Shown in pieces: positions 1 to 14,119 of a stretch of DNA of 64,000 nucleotides. Location: contig NC_043005.1 of assembly GCF_006345805.1 (NCBI RefSeq), positions 42,842,001-42,906,000 on the forward strand, read 5' to 3'. Source of the DNA: Octopus sinensis (taxonomy: Eukaryota). Made by a program: the position numbers and the translations under genes. How positions within the stretch are numbered: the first letter of the stretch is position 1; each line of letters starts with the position of its first letter. A model generated the notes under the pieces. That model saw only the letters and a list, made by a program, of their open reading frames with translations, was not told the DNA's origin and ran no database searches.

Positions 1-270
1 TTCGATATCAGTGTCTGTACGATACTGGAAAAAGGATATGTATTTGTGAAGGGAACCTACTTTTCATCGACAACTGTGATTGTCACACGCCGATGACGGG
101 TCAATACCCAGAAACTCGAGTCCGCGTGTATCACAAGTTCAAGACGGGAAGGATGGCTTCCCTTTGCAAATACTGATAGGGCACAGAAAGTGTGTCTATA
201 GCCAGCTGGAGGAGGTGTCCTCCTGGGGCTACAAACTACAGTAGCATCCACCCTTAGGGGTTAGCCATAT
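1..270. repeat. Dispersed repeat fragment, family unassigned (possibly a LINE 5' region)
   Basis: The motif gctggaggagg(t/c)gtc(c/t)tcctgggg occurs at 205-228 and again at 60011-60034. No convincing reading frame. Confidence 0.3.
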
Positions 271-340
271 TTAAATGGCAAATATACGTCACGATGTGTT
301 GCAGTTACTGTTTATAACTCGCTCTAAGATTTATTATTGA

Positions 341-391
341 ATGTAAATAATGTAAATAATGTACAGAATTGTTCATCTCAAAAATATAGAA
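341..391 (+). mobile_element. 3' tail fragment of the PLE-type family at 21869-22346
   Basis: aatgtaaataatgtaaataatgtacagaatt...aatatagaac matches the tail at about 22289-22343. The hammerhead is not retained. Confidence 0.55.
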
Positions 392-970
392 CGGGTAATT
401 TTTTGTTTCATAGAAGTAATCATTGATGGCACCAATATCTGCACACATTGCTATCTTTCACTTCAACTCTCACATTAGTCCATGAGTGCAACCTGCAAGA
501 AATAGCAGCCAAATAACACTCAACATTTTGCATTCGTAAAAAAAAGAAAGAACACTTTGGATAATATTGTGTAATCGTCCGTGTGTTTGTGAATGAGAGT
601 GTGTGTATGTGCCTGCGCGCGCGCGCGCGTGTGTGTGTGTTAGAACGCGGCGAGGCTATCCCAATATGTCACCTTCCGGTTGCAGCTTTGTAGGATGCCT
701 GTAGTTACCCATGCAACAAGTCTCTACATGGCGGATGTTGTCAAAACATCTTTCTCGCATTCTACTGATTCCACAGAACCACCGTCTTTATGTCATTTTG
801 TTTATTTTCCAGTTGTAGTTGCCAATATTGTTGTCTATGTTCTTGTTATAACGAAGAAGAGCGTGAAACTGGCGGTAATGAGCGAAGACGATGGCTGTGT
901 AGTTGATTAAGTTATTTAACAATTGACTATAATGTGCTGTGTGTATGTGTGTCGCTCTCAGTATATTTAC

Positions 971-1208
971 TTCTTTTATTAATATATCGGATAAGTTCTG
1001 CTCGGCATAAAAAGGCTGCTTTTCTAAAACTCCGATCTCCTTCCTCGGCTTAAACTGACCTCTCCGTAATCGTAATTCTCTTACGATCTTCTCTTTCATG
1101 TTGTTCGATGATGACAGATCTCCAACGTTTTCTCTTGAAAATGCGTCAGGCACCATTTTACCAGTTTCAGTGATTCGAAGCCTGCAGGAATTTTTTTTGT
1201 TCCTCTTT
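971..1208 (-). CDS. Candidate internal coding exon of an unidentified host gene (KRNKKNSCRLRITETGKMVPDAF...NLSDILIKE)
   Basis: Lies in the non-repetitive ORF 788-1279. Pyrimidine-rich acceptor ctttctcctctctcaaacag and donor GAA|gtaaat. 238 nt, phase 2 to 0. It could instead run to the stop at 788 as a terminal exon. Confidence 0.5.
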
Positions 1209-1552
1209 CTGTTTGAGAGAGGAGAAAGATATATCAATACCATATCTACATTCTTAACTTCACGACTTTTTTTTTTCATTCCCAGCCGTTTCCTTTATAA
1301 TTAGTAAACTTTTCTTATGCTCATCACGTTTGTCCTATGCTCTTGATATAAAGAGACTTTAAACGTAGACCTGTTAAACTTATGAATTCAACGTCTGGAA
1401 TAAAGTATGCAAACATATCTAAGAATGTATTTCACTATTGATATCCAGAATGCATTTTACTGGCTGTTTTTGTCTTAAGTACCTTTATATTTCGACACTC
1501 GCAAACGCGTACACACACACAAATACATTCACACATTCTCACGCAAGTTTGT

Positions 1553-1593
<41 letters not shown>

Positions 1594-2235
1594 AATTAGT
1601 CTGAATGTGTTTGTGTGTGTGTGTTTTCAAAACACGCTTAAATTTATGGAAACAGTTACAAGAGCATTTCCATTACTACTTGATTTCTCCATTACATAAT
1701 TTCCAAGGTAAAATGATATTCCATCTTGCTGTCATACGCACACACACACACACACATATATATGTGTGTATGTATGTGTGTATACGTATATATGTATGTG
1801 TATGTGTATAAATATACATGTATGTATATGTGTAAATAGACACAAACTTCTCCCCTTGGTTTTGTCTAAATATGAATCTGAAGTCCTTACAATTATCTAC
1901 TCGACAGTTAAATCAACAGCAATGGAGCGGGGCAGGGAGAGATAGTACCAAATATCTCGCTACTGAGTGTTCCGTTTAGCAATTATCTCTTCGAAATGAA
2001 TAATATTAAAATATTGGTATCGAGGCAATTGACTGTAATATCACCTCTAATTATATGTCTCTATATCTAATCAAAGAAATCAATATGTGCATTATAATGA
2101 AGGGGACTTTAATTAAATGTACTATCACACACTGAAAATTTTGTTTGTTAATATATTGTGTTCTGAGAGGATTGTGTATATGCGTATGTATAGATAAGAA
2201 CACACACACACGCATACATATACGTGTGTGTGTTT

Positions 2236-2301
<66 letters not shown>

Positions 2302-2988
2302 AGTGAGTGTGTATCAGTATTCTCTAGGCTATAGAAATGTCTTGAACTCCATTGTCCTTCATTTTTCCGAACGGACTGTGATAGAAAATTGAGTTGACGC
2401 TGTGAAGCTGAAGCATTATATGTGCTGATTGTGTCTACTTTTAAAGGTTTGCTCCATGAGTACGCATTGTTTGTTCCGATACTGTTGTATGCTGTTGTAG
2501 TGACCACGCAAACCACCATCTAAAGAAGGCATGATCCATTTAACAACAAGTACTCACAAGCTCAACCATTACAATTTAGTTATTTGGCGGAGGTTAAGTA
2601 TGTATATCAAACAGAGTCAAAGACAATATTATAAATTCAAATTCTTATATTATTATCTTTGTTTCTGAAGTTATAATAGACTCTGTTGCACCAAGTTGCT
2701 TGACTGCTGAATAAATGGATAATAAAATTTGTCTGAAAAACAAATAAAGAACGACACATTTCTAAGAATTTGAACTTTTATTAAATATATATTATGAGGG
2801 TGGTGGTTTGACGTAATCGTTAGAGCTTCAACAAAATGCTTTGCGGTATTTCTTCGGGGTCTTTACACGGAATTGAAAGCCCGCCGAGGTCAACATTGCC
2901 TTTCGTCTCACTGAAGTCAATAAAATCTTCCTTCAAAATTACTGGCCTTGTGACAGGAACACGCACACGTATGTGTGTGTATGTATAA

Positions 2989-3019
<31 letters not shown>

Positions 3020-3358
3020 TGTATGTATGTATGTATGTATGTATGTATGTATGTATGTATGTATGAGTGGGTGTGCATGTATCTATTCAAAAGATCGAAG
3101 ATTGGCGTAATTATTAACTTTGCAAAATTATTTATTACGTGCGCAATAATTTATCAGAAATCAATATAACTGTTTTTATTTATTTATTCCTTGTTTCAGT
3201 ATTCCTTACTCTGAGTTTTGATTTCATGTTACGACAAAGAATCCAGTCTGTTTCGGAACTGCTGATTCTCCATGCCAAAACGGGTGGTTATTTTGTTATT
3301 TTCATGCTCCCGATATATAAATATATACAAAATCTCCAATATAGCTCAAAATATCTAC

Positions 3359-3471
3359 ATGAAATTGTTACGTCGCACATTCGGATGACCTCTTCTCTCT
3401 ACTCCCTCTCTGCTCTCAAGGTCTAGACTTCTCCTTCTATATCTACGTATTGGGCTAGTCTTCTTCATCGT
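3359..3471 (-). CDS. Weak candidate exon (TMKKTSPIRRYRRRSLDLESRE...)
   Basis: Acceptor ...ttgtgtggactcccctag; only one frame is open. Phase 0 to 2 would link the 23820 and 1208 exons, but the donor (CAT|gtagat) is poor. Confidence 0.25.
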
Positions 3472-4325
3472 CTAGGGGAGTCCACACAACAGAAATAAAA
3501 ATCATGATTCATTTAATAAGAAAAATGTCTAAATAAAATGGAGCATTTCTGGTAGCTACAGCTAAATAAAAATTATATTTCTCCTGAATCTTATTAATTT
3601 TTTTCTCAGTTAATTCAGATTTGGAGGCACAAACTTTGTTACAAGTGTTTTTTCTTTTAAATGTGTGTCTCAATACATTTCTATCACTGGTAATAGCGAA
3701 ATAACTGTAATAATTAAATGATCGTCTGCCTTCGATCAATCAAAGTCAAATTTCGTGAGCTTATTCCGCTTTTTCTTACTTTTTTTTTTTTTTGGTTCAT
3801 CCCAAAACGATATTTCCATACAGATCCATGTTTTCTGGCCACTGGTACATTTTCTTAATTCTTATGTTGGTTCTGTTTATAGTGGTCTGAATTGACTTAT
3901 TTCAGATATTTGCTGAAGTTACTACATTTATACGAGATCTGATCGGTCAGATTTGATCGTATGTCTCGATCGGAAGCTTCCACATCAAGGGCCTGGGCAA
4001 CATTTTCTTATGGAAGATCAACTGCGGCCCATTGAACAAGTCTTCCCTTTTTTGCTACTATTGTTTTCCAAAGGAAAGACAATAATCAAAAAGAATTTGG
4101 CACGGGTGTTTTTGCAGGCCCATCAAATGCATAAAAAGCAGAAACAAATAATCGAAGATGATTTAATAATCCCGGTGGAAGTTTAACTTAGGGACTGAAA
4201 GACCGGAAACAAATGCCGAAGGGCAGTTTGTCCGTTGATCTAAATATCTGCCAATCCATCTATTAGTTTATACACCACGCGTGTATATCTGTACAAATAA
4301 ACATACATACACACGCATACATATC

Positions 4326-4665
4326 GTGGCACACCGTCTATTACGACGACGAGAGTTCCAGTTGATCCAGTCAACGGAACAGCCTGCTCGTGAAATTAAC
4401 GTGCAAGTGGCTGAGCACTCCACAGACACTTGTACCCGTAACGTAGTTCTCGGGGAAGATTCAGCGGGACACAGATTTTGACAAGGCTGGCTCTTTGAAA
4501 TACAGGTTCAACAAAAACAGCAAGAAAGTGTGAGAGAAAGTTATGGTGAAAGAATACATTAGGGTTCACCACCATCCCCTGCTTGAGCTTCGTGGAGCTT
4601 TAGTTGTTTTCGCTCAATAAACTCTCTCAACGCTAGGTCTGCGAATCGAAACCGCGATCCTACGG
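4326..4665 (-). mobile_element. tRNA-headed SINE, family B (5' head partly lost)
   Basis: Reverse complement matches the family B copy at 53637-53968 (gtcacactctgtgtcacgctgaat...cacgagcaggctgttccgttg...gtaaccgacggagtgcc). Confidence 0.85.
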
Positions 4666-5056
4666 AACTATAATAGTTAATAGCCCACTTGACTCTCATC
4701 TCTTTCTCACAATGATAAAAATATGAATCTCTTAAATTCAATTCTTCTGCTATATCCTTTCTCAAGTTCATTGTAATTTTGTTTATACTTCCTGCACTGA
4801 AGAGTTCAGTGATATATAAAATTAAATTAATTAGATTAATTTAATCTAATTCATTCAACCATGAATTTGCATTATTTTTATATCTTTATACGAAACGATC
4901 GTCTGCATGAATTAAAATTCTCTTATATATTTTAATAAATTGTTCTCTTCATTTTTAACTAAATTGATGAGTTTTATGAGACTTCTTTCCATAAGTTCAT
5001 CACACATCATATATGTATGCACATATGTGTATATCTACACACACACACATAATATG

Positions 5057-5447
5057 TATAAATAGAGAGAGTTAAGGAATGGAGTAGATAAAATCTGTGC
5101 TATATATGTTTCATAGCGAGCAGAACTTCGGAAATGGTAATTATCCAAGTGAGGTATATATCTCAGGTTACTCTCCAGACCAAGGGTATCTTAATTAAAT
5201 GAAGTTATCCATGTCAACACACGGAGAATTCGGTCACGGAGAATTCGGTCAGAATGAATCCTCCGTGTGTTAACATGGGCCTCTTAACGACAAAATAAAC
5301 TTCATTTAATCAAGATACCCTTGGCCTGGAGAATAGCCTGCGATATGCACCTGGCTTGGATAATTACCACTTACGAGGTTCTGCTCGCTATGAAACATAT
5401 GTAGACCGGATTTTATCTGCTCCATTCCTTAACTCTTGTATTTATAT
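5057..5447. mobile_element. Foldback / MITE-like element with about 150-bp inverted arms
   Basis: agagttaaggaatggagtagataaaatc (from 5068) versus gattttatctgctccattccttaactct (to 5436). The arms continue inward through tatgtttcatagcgagcagaac and ccaagggtatctt. Central 15-bp duplication cacggagaattcggt. TSD not resolved. Confidence 0.8.
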
Positions 5448-6008
5448 TCGCATACGTGGCAACCCTGGCTGCCAACCGTGAAATATGAAATAATTATTTT
5501 CAGTTTATCGTACTTCGATAAGGATAATTCACAAACTTCCGCCCCATTAACCTTCTATTCTTCCTGATAGCTATTTTAAAAAATTCTTAAATATTTTTTA
5601 CGGATTGCTTGAAACTCACTTTCTTCCTACACCTCGATCCTTGGATCTAACATTTATATACATTACGAGACAAAGAAAGATTTTATCGCATCTTTAATGA
5701 CAAACCACAATTGTTTCTGTACTAATTCTGATTTCAAGAACTGGAGTTGAAAACAGAATTGGTACAGAAAGAATTGTAACTGGTTATTAAAGATGTGATA
5801 AACTTTTACTATGTCTTCTTATTTGGATTACATTTTACTCTTTGTTAAATCCACACAATGGTTTTTACCATTCTTTCACTTGGGTTTTCTACACCTGAAG
5901 AATTTCGATTTTACTTAAGACTATAATCCGAGAGTGAAAATAGCCTAAAGCTAAGGTTGATTGTTGCAATGGAATTTGAAATAGCCCATCTTACTACACT
6001 CCCAAGTT

Positions 6009-6044
<36 letters not shown>

Positions 6045-6499
6045 ATTGCCTTGGAATTTATAGACAAGAAGTACGAGCAAAACATCAGTCCAATGTGTCC
6101 ATTATTTCTACACTTGCTTATGTTTACAAATACACGTTTTGAATTTCAAACGTAAACCGTAGCTTACCTGTAGCTACGAAGCACAAGAAAGAAAAAATTA
6201 AAATTTAGAAAACAGAAAGGCATCCTCGAATGGACTTTGAATTATAGAAGTTTAAAAGTATAAAACAAAAAAAAAACGAAATAACTGTTGAACAAAAGCT
6301 TTTGAACGTGGCGAAAACATACTTTACCAATACATGAAACGGAATATAATGGTAAGCTCCGAAATAATGAACCAAGAACTGTAAGCCTATAAATTAATTC
6401 AAGAACAATCTTCAATAAAAATTGATACATAACACTCAATAACATATTTAAAAAAAGGCGAGATCAGAGTTCTTTGTCTTATAGGCACAAAGCCTGAAA

Positions 6500-7091
6500 C
6501 TTATACATATCCATAAATATGTACGTACGTACGTACGTTTCTATGTATGTATGTATGTATGTATGTATGTATGTATGTATGTATGTATGCATGGATGCAT
6601 GGATGGATGGATGGATGGATGGATGGATGGATGGATGGATGGGTGGATGGATGGATGCAATTATGTATTATGTATGTATGTAATGTAATGTATGTATGCA
6701 TGTATGTATGTGTACATTTGCATATATCAATGTGTTGCCATCATTTGTATTTGTGCGACGCATCTTTTACAATGCTTTATTATGACTTCAGATTCGAAGT
6801 TATATGTATAAATCTGAACAGCACTTTGTTAAACTTTGCACGAAAAACATTTTGCTGGCTGTATCTCTGAAATATAAACTAAGTGTATATACGTACGTGT
6901 GTCTGGATATGTATTTGTGCATCCATTTGAATATGTGTGTATAAAATGTAGAGTATATACGTAAGGGTATATACATTTTAATATGTGTTTGTGTGTGTAT
7001 GCGTCAGAGAGAGAGAGAGAGAGTGAGGAGAGACAATGATGTTCCTGTATGTAAATTTAGGTATACATGTGTGTATATATCATACTATATC

Positions 7092-7123
<32 letters not shown>

Positions 7124-7380
7124 TATATATACATATGTATATGTATATATGCGTGTATGTATATATATGCATGTATGCATATATATGTGAGTATATATAT
7201 ATATATATATATGAGTATGTATATATATATATATATGTGAGTATGTATATATATATATATATATGCATGTATGTATATATATATATGTATGTATGTATGC
7301 ATGTATGTATATATATATATGTATGTATGCATGTATGTATGTATGTATATATACGTACGTACATATGTATGTATGTATCT
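6500..7380. repeat. Compound microsatellites (TATG)n, (TGGA)n, (TA)n, (GA)n
   Basis: Directly visible; they generate the IYIY and MYVC ORFs in the track. Confidence 0.95.
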
Positions 7381-8791
7381 CGCGCAAACAGTAAAATACA
7401 CACACAAAAAAATAAATCTAACAGAACCTTGATAGAGATACGATTGCACAGTTTTGCAACAAAACCTTCCACTGACGTCCCAGACACTCAGCACGATGCC
7501 ATTGTCTTCTAATTTTGCCAAAGACGGCATGAGACGGCAGAAATTGACATTACTATCATATTTCTAACAAAATTGGGATATAAAAATAACAGGATGTCTT
7601 TTGATGTTGGAAATAATAACTGAAAGCTGGAAGCTCATCTTTTACATTTTCTCTTCTTTTTTTTTCATTAGATATTGGCTTTTATTTACAGCCTGTCACA
7701 ACTTAACACAATAGTGTATACCCAATTATCAGTATATCTACATCTATAAATTATATGAGACTATATCTATGTCTATCTATTTATCTTTCACTGTCTCATT
7801 CTCTATGCTTCATGTCAGTGCGAGTGTGCATGGATCTGTGTGTGCGTGTGAGCTTCTATATACATATGTTCGTGTGTAATTGTATATCCATACAAGTATG
7901 TATGTATCTATGTGTATATATATGTACCATATGGGTATTATCATGATTTTATAAACAGGGAGAAATGAAAACTAGTGTAAAATAGTTTGTTCTGGACCTT
8001 GGTAAAAATCTAAGTGTTATGTTTTCCGCGTTAATTAATATTCTCATTATCTACCCTAATTTACTTTGCTCACTGAATTTCAAAATTTTAATTATCATTA
8101 TAATTAACAGCCTTACCAAATCTAATGGCCTTTTCAATCTCCATCCCGGCAAACCTTAAACATATTACAAGTATCTCTATCCAGGTATACTATCATTTTG
8201 TTTTAGTCATAATAAACAAATCCATTCATGAATATATTTGTGTTCGATTAGACGATTGTATTGTAACCAGATTCTGTATCTAATGCAGTATTCTCTGGGT
8301 ATCATATGTAATATCTACACTTATTTTACATAATTTCATGATATATTATATATACCTAAATGTCGAACAATGAGAATGCGTGCTCAACACTGCTTTGGTA
8401 GATGAAGTTTCTTCATTTGTGCAGTAAGGCTAACATTGGTTTCATGTTAAGAAAATATCTTAATATCTTAATTTTTCAAGCCGATCACATGGAGGGATAA
8501 TGTTCCTCTTCACTTTGGATAAAAACACGAGGACTCTCGTATTCTCATCCAAAATGAAGACGAACACCATCCCTCAATGTGATCGGCTTGAAAAATTGTT
8601 AAGATATTAAGATATTTTCTTAACATGAAACCAATAGTAGCCTTAATACACAAATGCACAAATATATATATCTCTATATACATACATACATACATACATA
8701 CATACATGCATGCATACATACATACATACATACATACATACATACATACATACATACATACTACATACATACATACATATACATATATATA

Positions 8792-11513
8792 TTAGGGTTA
8801 TGACTTTCCAGAAACTAATAATCCTATACTGTAATTCGATGGGAAACTAATAAGTATTTTGCTTTATTTCAAAGAAACGTCACCCCCAACTTAAATCGAT
8901 CACCACTTTTGATCCAAATCATGCAAAATTCTAGGCTGGTTCATAACTCCTGCTCAAGTTTTTACTAAACTTGGTGCGCTGACTCAATGCAATGCAGAAA
9001 TAATAAATCTGAAATTTCAGCTTTCTAGTTGAAGTAGTTTCGTAGTTATGGGCTTTTAAATCTATAATCACTAAATGGCACTAGATTCTCACTTCACTAT
9101 TTCGGCTGCCAAAATCCTTGTAAACGCAAGAGAGATGTAGAATAAAAATGTATTTATACATTTTAAAGATTACTGAATTGAAATTGCTCTATGCAAAGGT
9201 TCAAATCTGGGTTGTTTTAAGACAGAGGCCACTGCAAGCATTCGATAACATACAAAAGTAGAAACAATAAATATTTTTAACTTCCTAGGTTTCATTCCAA
9301 TTTTAAATAACTGTATAAGAAAAAGAGCGCTGAAATTTAGCAAACTTTTTAACATAACAAAGAATTATGTTTTGTTAGATAAAATAAATCGAAGCTCAAG
9401 TTACTCCTTCTTTTTACAAACATCATAAATATCTTAAAGGCACTTAATTGTCCGTTCTGCATTCTGATTTGTTCTGAGAATTTCCAGTTTTGGTGGTTCT
9501 CGACTCCAAAAGTTTTTTTATGGAGTTCAATGCTTTTTTATGAATTTGTAGGCTACCACATAACTTCTGATAATTATGTGTATTGAAGAAAAAAATCTGC
9601 CCAGTTGTAAGAGATGAATCGACAAACATTGAGAAGCAATACTTTTTTCTCTGGTAGAAAAGTAAATGCCAAAAGAGCTAGTATTGCTCGAGAATTCCAT
9701 CTTGCATTACTTAAGTTGGGTATTTTTTGTAACTTTGTAGTAGGAAATTTTCCGGTTTCTTCAAAGAAACGAAAAATTCTGGTCAAATGAAATAGAAATT
9801 TCATGTCACCTCGCCACCCTGCTGATTCAGTAATCTTTTCTTCACCATTGTTGAAACCAGCCTGGGGTTTCTCGTAATTACTTAGAAGCTCTAGGATGAA
9901 TGTATTTTCAATCCTGGGGGATGACTTTTTTCTCCAAGTTCGTTATCCAATACAACACGAAGAACTCTATCAAGGATACGATGCTGACAACCAATAAATT
10001 GCGGTTCTTTCAAACCCTTTTGAGCAAATAGTCTTTGCAACTTAATGACAGTGCCATTTCTTTCCCAGTGTTCACACTCGTTGTATCAGCGACAATCATC
10101 TATTCACAGTTTCATAAATGGTATTCATCTAAAACAGATGTTATTCCTTTGACAACAGTATCGGCTTTTCCGTTTGATAATTGGAGTGCTTCTAACTTAA
10201 ATTCTCCCTATTCATTCTTTAAAACTAGCACTTGATATTCTTGGTCATTAATACCTTTACTATCAAAATGAAATTACCAGTTTCTAAATGTAGTGTTTTC
10301 TTCATTTTCCTTTTTAGTTTAACAGCTTCTTTGATAGTCGATGTGTAAATAACAGATTGGGAAGGAGTCTCGTTATTGATCCCATCTTGAGATAATTGTC
10401 GACAAACTGTTGCTGCTTTTTGGGTTGATAGCTTGGAAGATATTATTAACTTGGTTGCAGTCCCAGTTTTGCTATACTTCCTCCTTGTTTGTGTGGATTC
10501 TTCATCTGATTTTTCGGACCCTTGATATTGACTTTCAGTCTCTGCTTCAGACGTTGACGATGACACTGGAGTTGCTCTGGTTGAAGTTGGCATTAAGGAC
10601 ACTTATCTTTTTTTGGATGGATACGTAGTTTTGGAATTGGCTGCCTTTTCAGTTCCATACCCAACTTGTCCCTTGCTTTCAATTTACAGATAATATAACC
10701 TTATATCCTCACTGTACAACCATTCACCGTTTTCCTTTGTGATGTCACAAAGTCCTTTCAATGAATCGTATTTTCCTCGTTTTACACATTTATCGTAGTT
10801 ATTCAGCACTTTTTCTACAATTGCTTGTACATTTTGAATTTATAAATATGGGAAATTTAAGTTCTTTCGCCATAAAAAAAGTTACTTCTTTCGAAATTAC
10901 CTTTGTCCTTTCTTTCCTTCCTTTAATGGTACCTCCAAGGAACAGGTAGCGAGCGACAATTTGAAGTTTTATTGGTATACTACAGTTGTTTTCCAAAGAA
11001 TGCTCTTCTAGAGGAACAGGTCTTCTTTTCCTATGTGAGTCTTGAAATTACACGAGATTCTTTGTCCAGATTTTTTGTTACTTTGAGTGACACAAGCACT
11101 TCTCTTATGAGACATTATTTTAGATACTGTCTTTGGATAGTTGCACAAGCCTGATATTCTGAAAAACAGTTAATATAGTCAGAGTTTTTAGCGTCAAAGA
11201 AATAAAAAAGGAGAGAAAGAAGATATTTCCTAAAGTGGGGCCCAAGTGGTAACAAATTTGAGATGTACTGCTTCTGCTTTGCATTAAGTCAGCACACCAA
11301 CTCTGGTAAAAAATGGTGTAGGCATTATGAACACCACCCCTAAAATTTTCCATGATTCGAGTCAAAAGTGGTGTTAAATTTCTACAGTTGGGAGCGATAT
11401 ATTTTTTTAAAATTTAAAATAAAGGTTATTTTCCCAACTAACATAAAATTGTTCATCGACTTATGAAACAGAATATTGTTTACTTGCCCCAAATCCAAAA
11501 GTCATAGCCCCAA
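8792..11513 (-). mobile_element. Decayed hAT-superfamily (hATm-like) DNA transposon, 2.7 kb
   Basis: TIRs ttagggttatgacttt (8792-8807) and aaagtcatagccccaa (11498-11513) match at 14/16. Flanks tatatata / tatatatg give an 8-bp TSD. Minus-strand frameshifted transposase motifs DTTSVNTG, WRGDMKFL and LSNARWNSRAILALLAF resemble the hATm DTTxxNTG, PRDDY and HxARW motifs. Confidence 0.75.
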
Positions 11514-11923
11514 TATATATGTGTGTATACATGCATATATAGCCTTCGCCCTAGCCCACCTATACACACATACACACACACGCACACACTCACATACACA
11601 CACACGCACACACTCACATACACACCCTTGTCATCTCTCACACCGTTGCTACTGCTGTTGCCCCAGCTTTCGCCCAACATATACATACATACATACACAC
11701 GCACACACTCACACACACACTCTCGCACACTGTTTGCTTACCTTCCTTCTTTTTCCGCTCTCTTTTCTTTGAAAACCCGCACTCTTTTCTTTCTCCTATG
11801 TTTCCGACGAAGAGCTCCGCTCGAAACGTCATACCCTCCTCCTTCCCTTTTTTCCTGAGCGCCTAATAGTACTTTAATTGTTCCACCTCCTTGCGTTGTT
11901 GTCTTTTTTTCTTGTTTGGATTA

Positions 11924-11930
<7 letters not shown>
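11514..11930 (+). mobile_element. PLE-type 3' UTR / pseudo-LTR fragment
   Basis: CA-rich tract, then a hammerhead-like motif, then tttttcctgagcg, which is shared with the 35.6-kb fragment. Confidence 0.55.
11800..11834 (+). ncRNA. Degenerate minimal hammerhead ribozyme
   Basis: GTTT-CCGACGA-A-GAGC-TCC-GCTC-GAAACGTC-ATAC. The core has U4->C and helix I has one mismatch; helix III is the palindrome ACGT. Confidence 0.5.
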
Positions 11931-11978
<48 letters not shown>

Positions 11979-12021
11979 TATATATATATACGCGGGAAAG
12001 AAGCAACAAGAATGGATAGGT

Positions 12022-12112
12022 TTTTAGTACAATCGTTTCATACAAGGACAGGCTTTATTAAAAGTTGTAAAAATTACAGCATATAAACGTGTCCCGTACT
12101 CATCAGCTAAAA
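12022..12112 (-). ncRNA. Type I hammerhead ribozyme (left-arm copy)
   Basis: Exact reverse complement of 14029-14119. Confidence 0.8.
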
Positions 12113-14028
12113 TACATGTGAGTTCTCTAGACATCCTAGTGGTTGAGGCTATACTCATGAAGTAATGTAGATAATTAAGTAACATAAACATAAACAGATT
12201 TCCAAAGTTCATTACAGTTCTTTAAAGATGATGTACAGTCTTATCACAGAATTTTAAAAAGGTTTTAATAGCATCACAGAGAAGGTGACCTAATCCATAG
12301 AGCACATATGAATTTCCAGAGATATGATGAGGGATTACATACTCACAGAAGACAAATTTATCCATTGTTAATCACAACGAGGTGGGTCTCAATTCGTGCT
12401 TATTAGCATTACAGAGAGGGTGAATTAATCCTTTGTATAGATGCACAATCTCCAATGGTGTAGATGTAAATTTCCAGAGAAATGAAGAGGAATTTCATAT
12501 TCACAGGCGATAAATTTATCAGTGGTTGAACACAATGAGGTAGGTATCAATTCTTGTTATATGATTAGGTATTTGCCACATTAATCACATTACTGCTATT
12601 TACAAGAGGCTGTAGCTATTTAACTTTTAAAGGCTGAAGGGCTTTCTAGAGAGGCAAAGAATAGAAAAGGGACGGGAATAGAAGAAAAGAGAGAAAATAA
12701 AGGAGGAGGGAGCAAAAAAGGGGGGGAAGGGGACTAAAAGAGAAGAGAAAAGGAAAAAGAGAATAAGAAGAAGAAAAAGAAAAAGAAAAAAGAGAAAAGA
12801 GAAAGAAATAGGGAAAGAAGGGAAAAAAAGAAAAAGAAAAAAAGAGGGTTCTAGTTATACAGAAGAATTAGTAGACGGCAAGTCTGGTTTTAATTTACAG
12901 GCATCTAGGAACTAGAGGAGAATATTATTCTTTGACCAGTAAAACAGCTAATTTATTGCTGTTGAAATCAGCTATGAATTTAAAGAGAATCTAAAGAGAT
13001 AACACAGTCAGGGGTTTAGGGGTCAGATGCTAAAATCAAAAGAAAATACATTAGGAAAATCTAAGTATAATCTTATCAAAAAGTCATTAAAATTTACTTA
13101 TTTAATTTATTCATTTTATTGTCTTAAGGAGTTGCCGTTATTATTCATACATTGACGGACTACAGGTCAAATCTTAGAAGATCATTTACAAGGTGTAAGG
13201 GGATTGTCTATCATAATGAAGATAATCATTTTATCACCGAGGGGGTAGCCTTATTTATTTAATTTTGAAATAGAATTATGGGGCTATAGTAACTCATTTT
13301 ATTTTATTAGAGTTATGCTACTTAAATTAGATTAAGTTAGGAATTTCTCTTTTTTCTTTTTCTTTTTCTTCTTCTTATTCTCTTTTTCCTTTTCTCTTCT
13401 CTTTTAGTCCCCTTCCCCCTCTTTTTTGCTCCCTCCTCCTTTATTTTCTCTCTTTTCTTCTATTCCCGTCCCTTTTCTATCCTTTGCCTCTCTAGAAAGC
13501 CCTTCAGCCTTTAAAAGTTAAATAGCTACAGCCTCTTGTAAATAGCAGTAATGTGATTAATGTGGCAAATACCTAATCATATAACAAGAATTGATACCTA
13601 CCTCATTGTGTTCAACCACTGATAAATTTATCGCCTGTGAATATGAAATTCCTCTTCATTTCTCTGGAAATTTACATCTACACCATTGGAGATTGTGCAT
13701 CTATACAAAGGATTAATTCACCCTCTCTGTAATGCTAATAAGCACGAATTGAGACCCACCTCGTTGTGATTAACAATGGATAAATTTGTCTTCTGTGAGT
13801 ATGTAATCCCTCATCATATCTCTGGAAATTCATATGTGCTCTATGGATTAGGTCACCTTCTCTGTGATGCTATTAAAACCTTTTTAAAATTCTGTGATAA
13901 GACTGTACATCATCTTTAAAGAACTGTAATGAACTTTGGAAATCTGTTTATGTTTATGTTATTTAATTATCTACATTACTTCATGAGTATAGCCTCAACC
14001 ACTAGGATGTCTAGAGAACTCACATGTA

Positions 14029-14119
14029 TTTTAGCTGATGAGTACGGGACACGTTTATATGCTGTAATTTTTACAACTTTTAATAAAGCCTGTCCTTGTA
14101 TGAAACGATTGTACTAAAA
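14029..14119 (+). ncRNA. Type I hammerhead ribozyme with extended helix II
   Basis: Helix I TTTTAG/CTAAAA; core CTGATGA at 14035-14041; helix II GTAC-GGGACA pairs with TGTCCT-(T)-GTAT; GAAA at 14102-14105; helix III AC-GATT-GT; GUA cleavage triplet, predicted cut after 14113. Confidence 0.8.

Noticed and set aside
13612-13670. CTGATAA...GAAAT within the 158-bp internal duplication of the long arms, as a second ribozyme
   Set aside because: G8 is missing, the helices are weak, and the sister unit lacks the core.
12179-13962. All three arm mismatches are A/G (C/T) transitions, suggestive of an ADAR imprint
   Set aside because: Three events are too few, they go in both directions, and ordinary transition bias explains them.
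12024-14117. Twin 62-aa ORFs MNFGNLFMF... at 12024-12212 (-) and 13929-14117 (+)
   Set aside because: The duplication simply reflects the inverted repeat. There is no recognisable domain, and the 3' half overlaps the hammerhead, which explains the sequence better.
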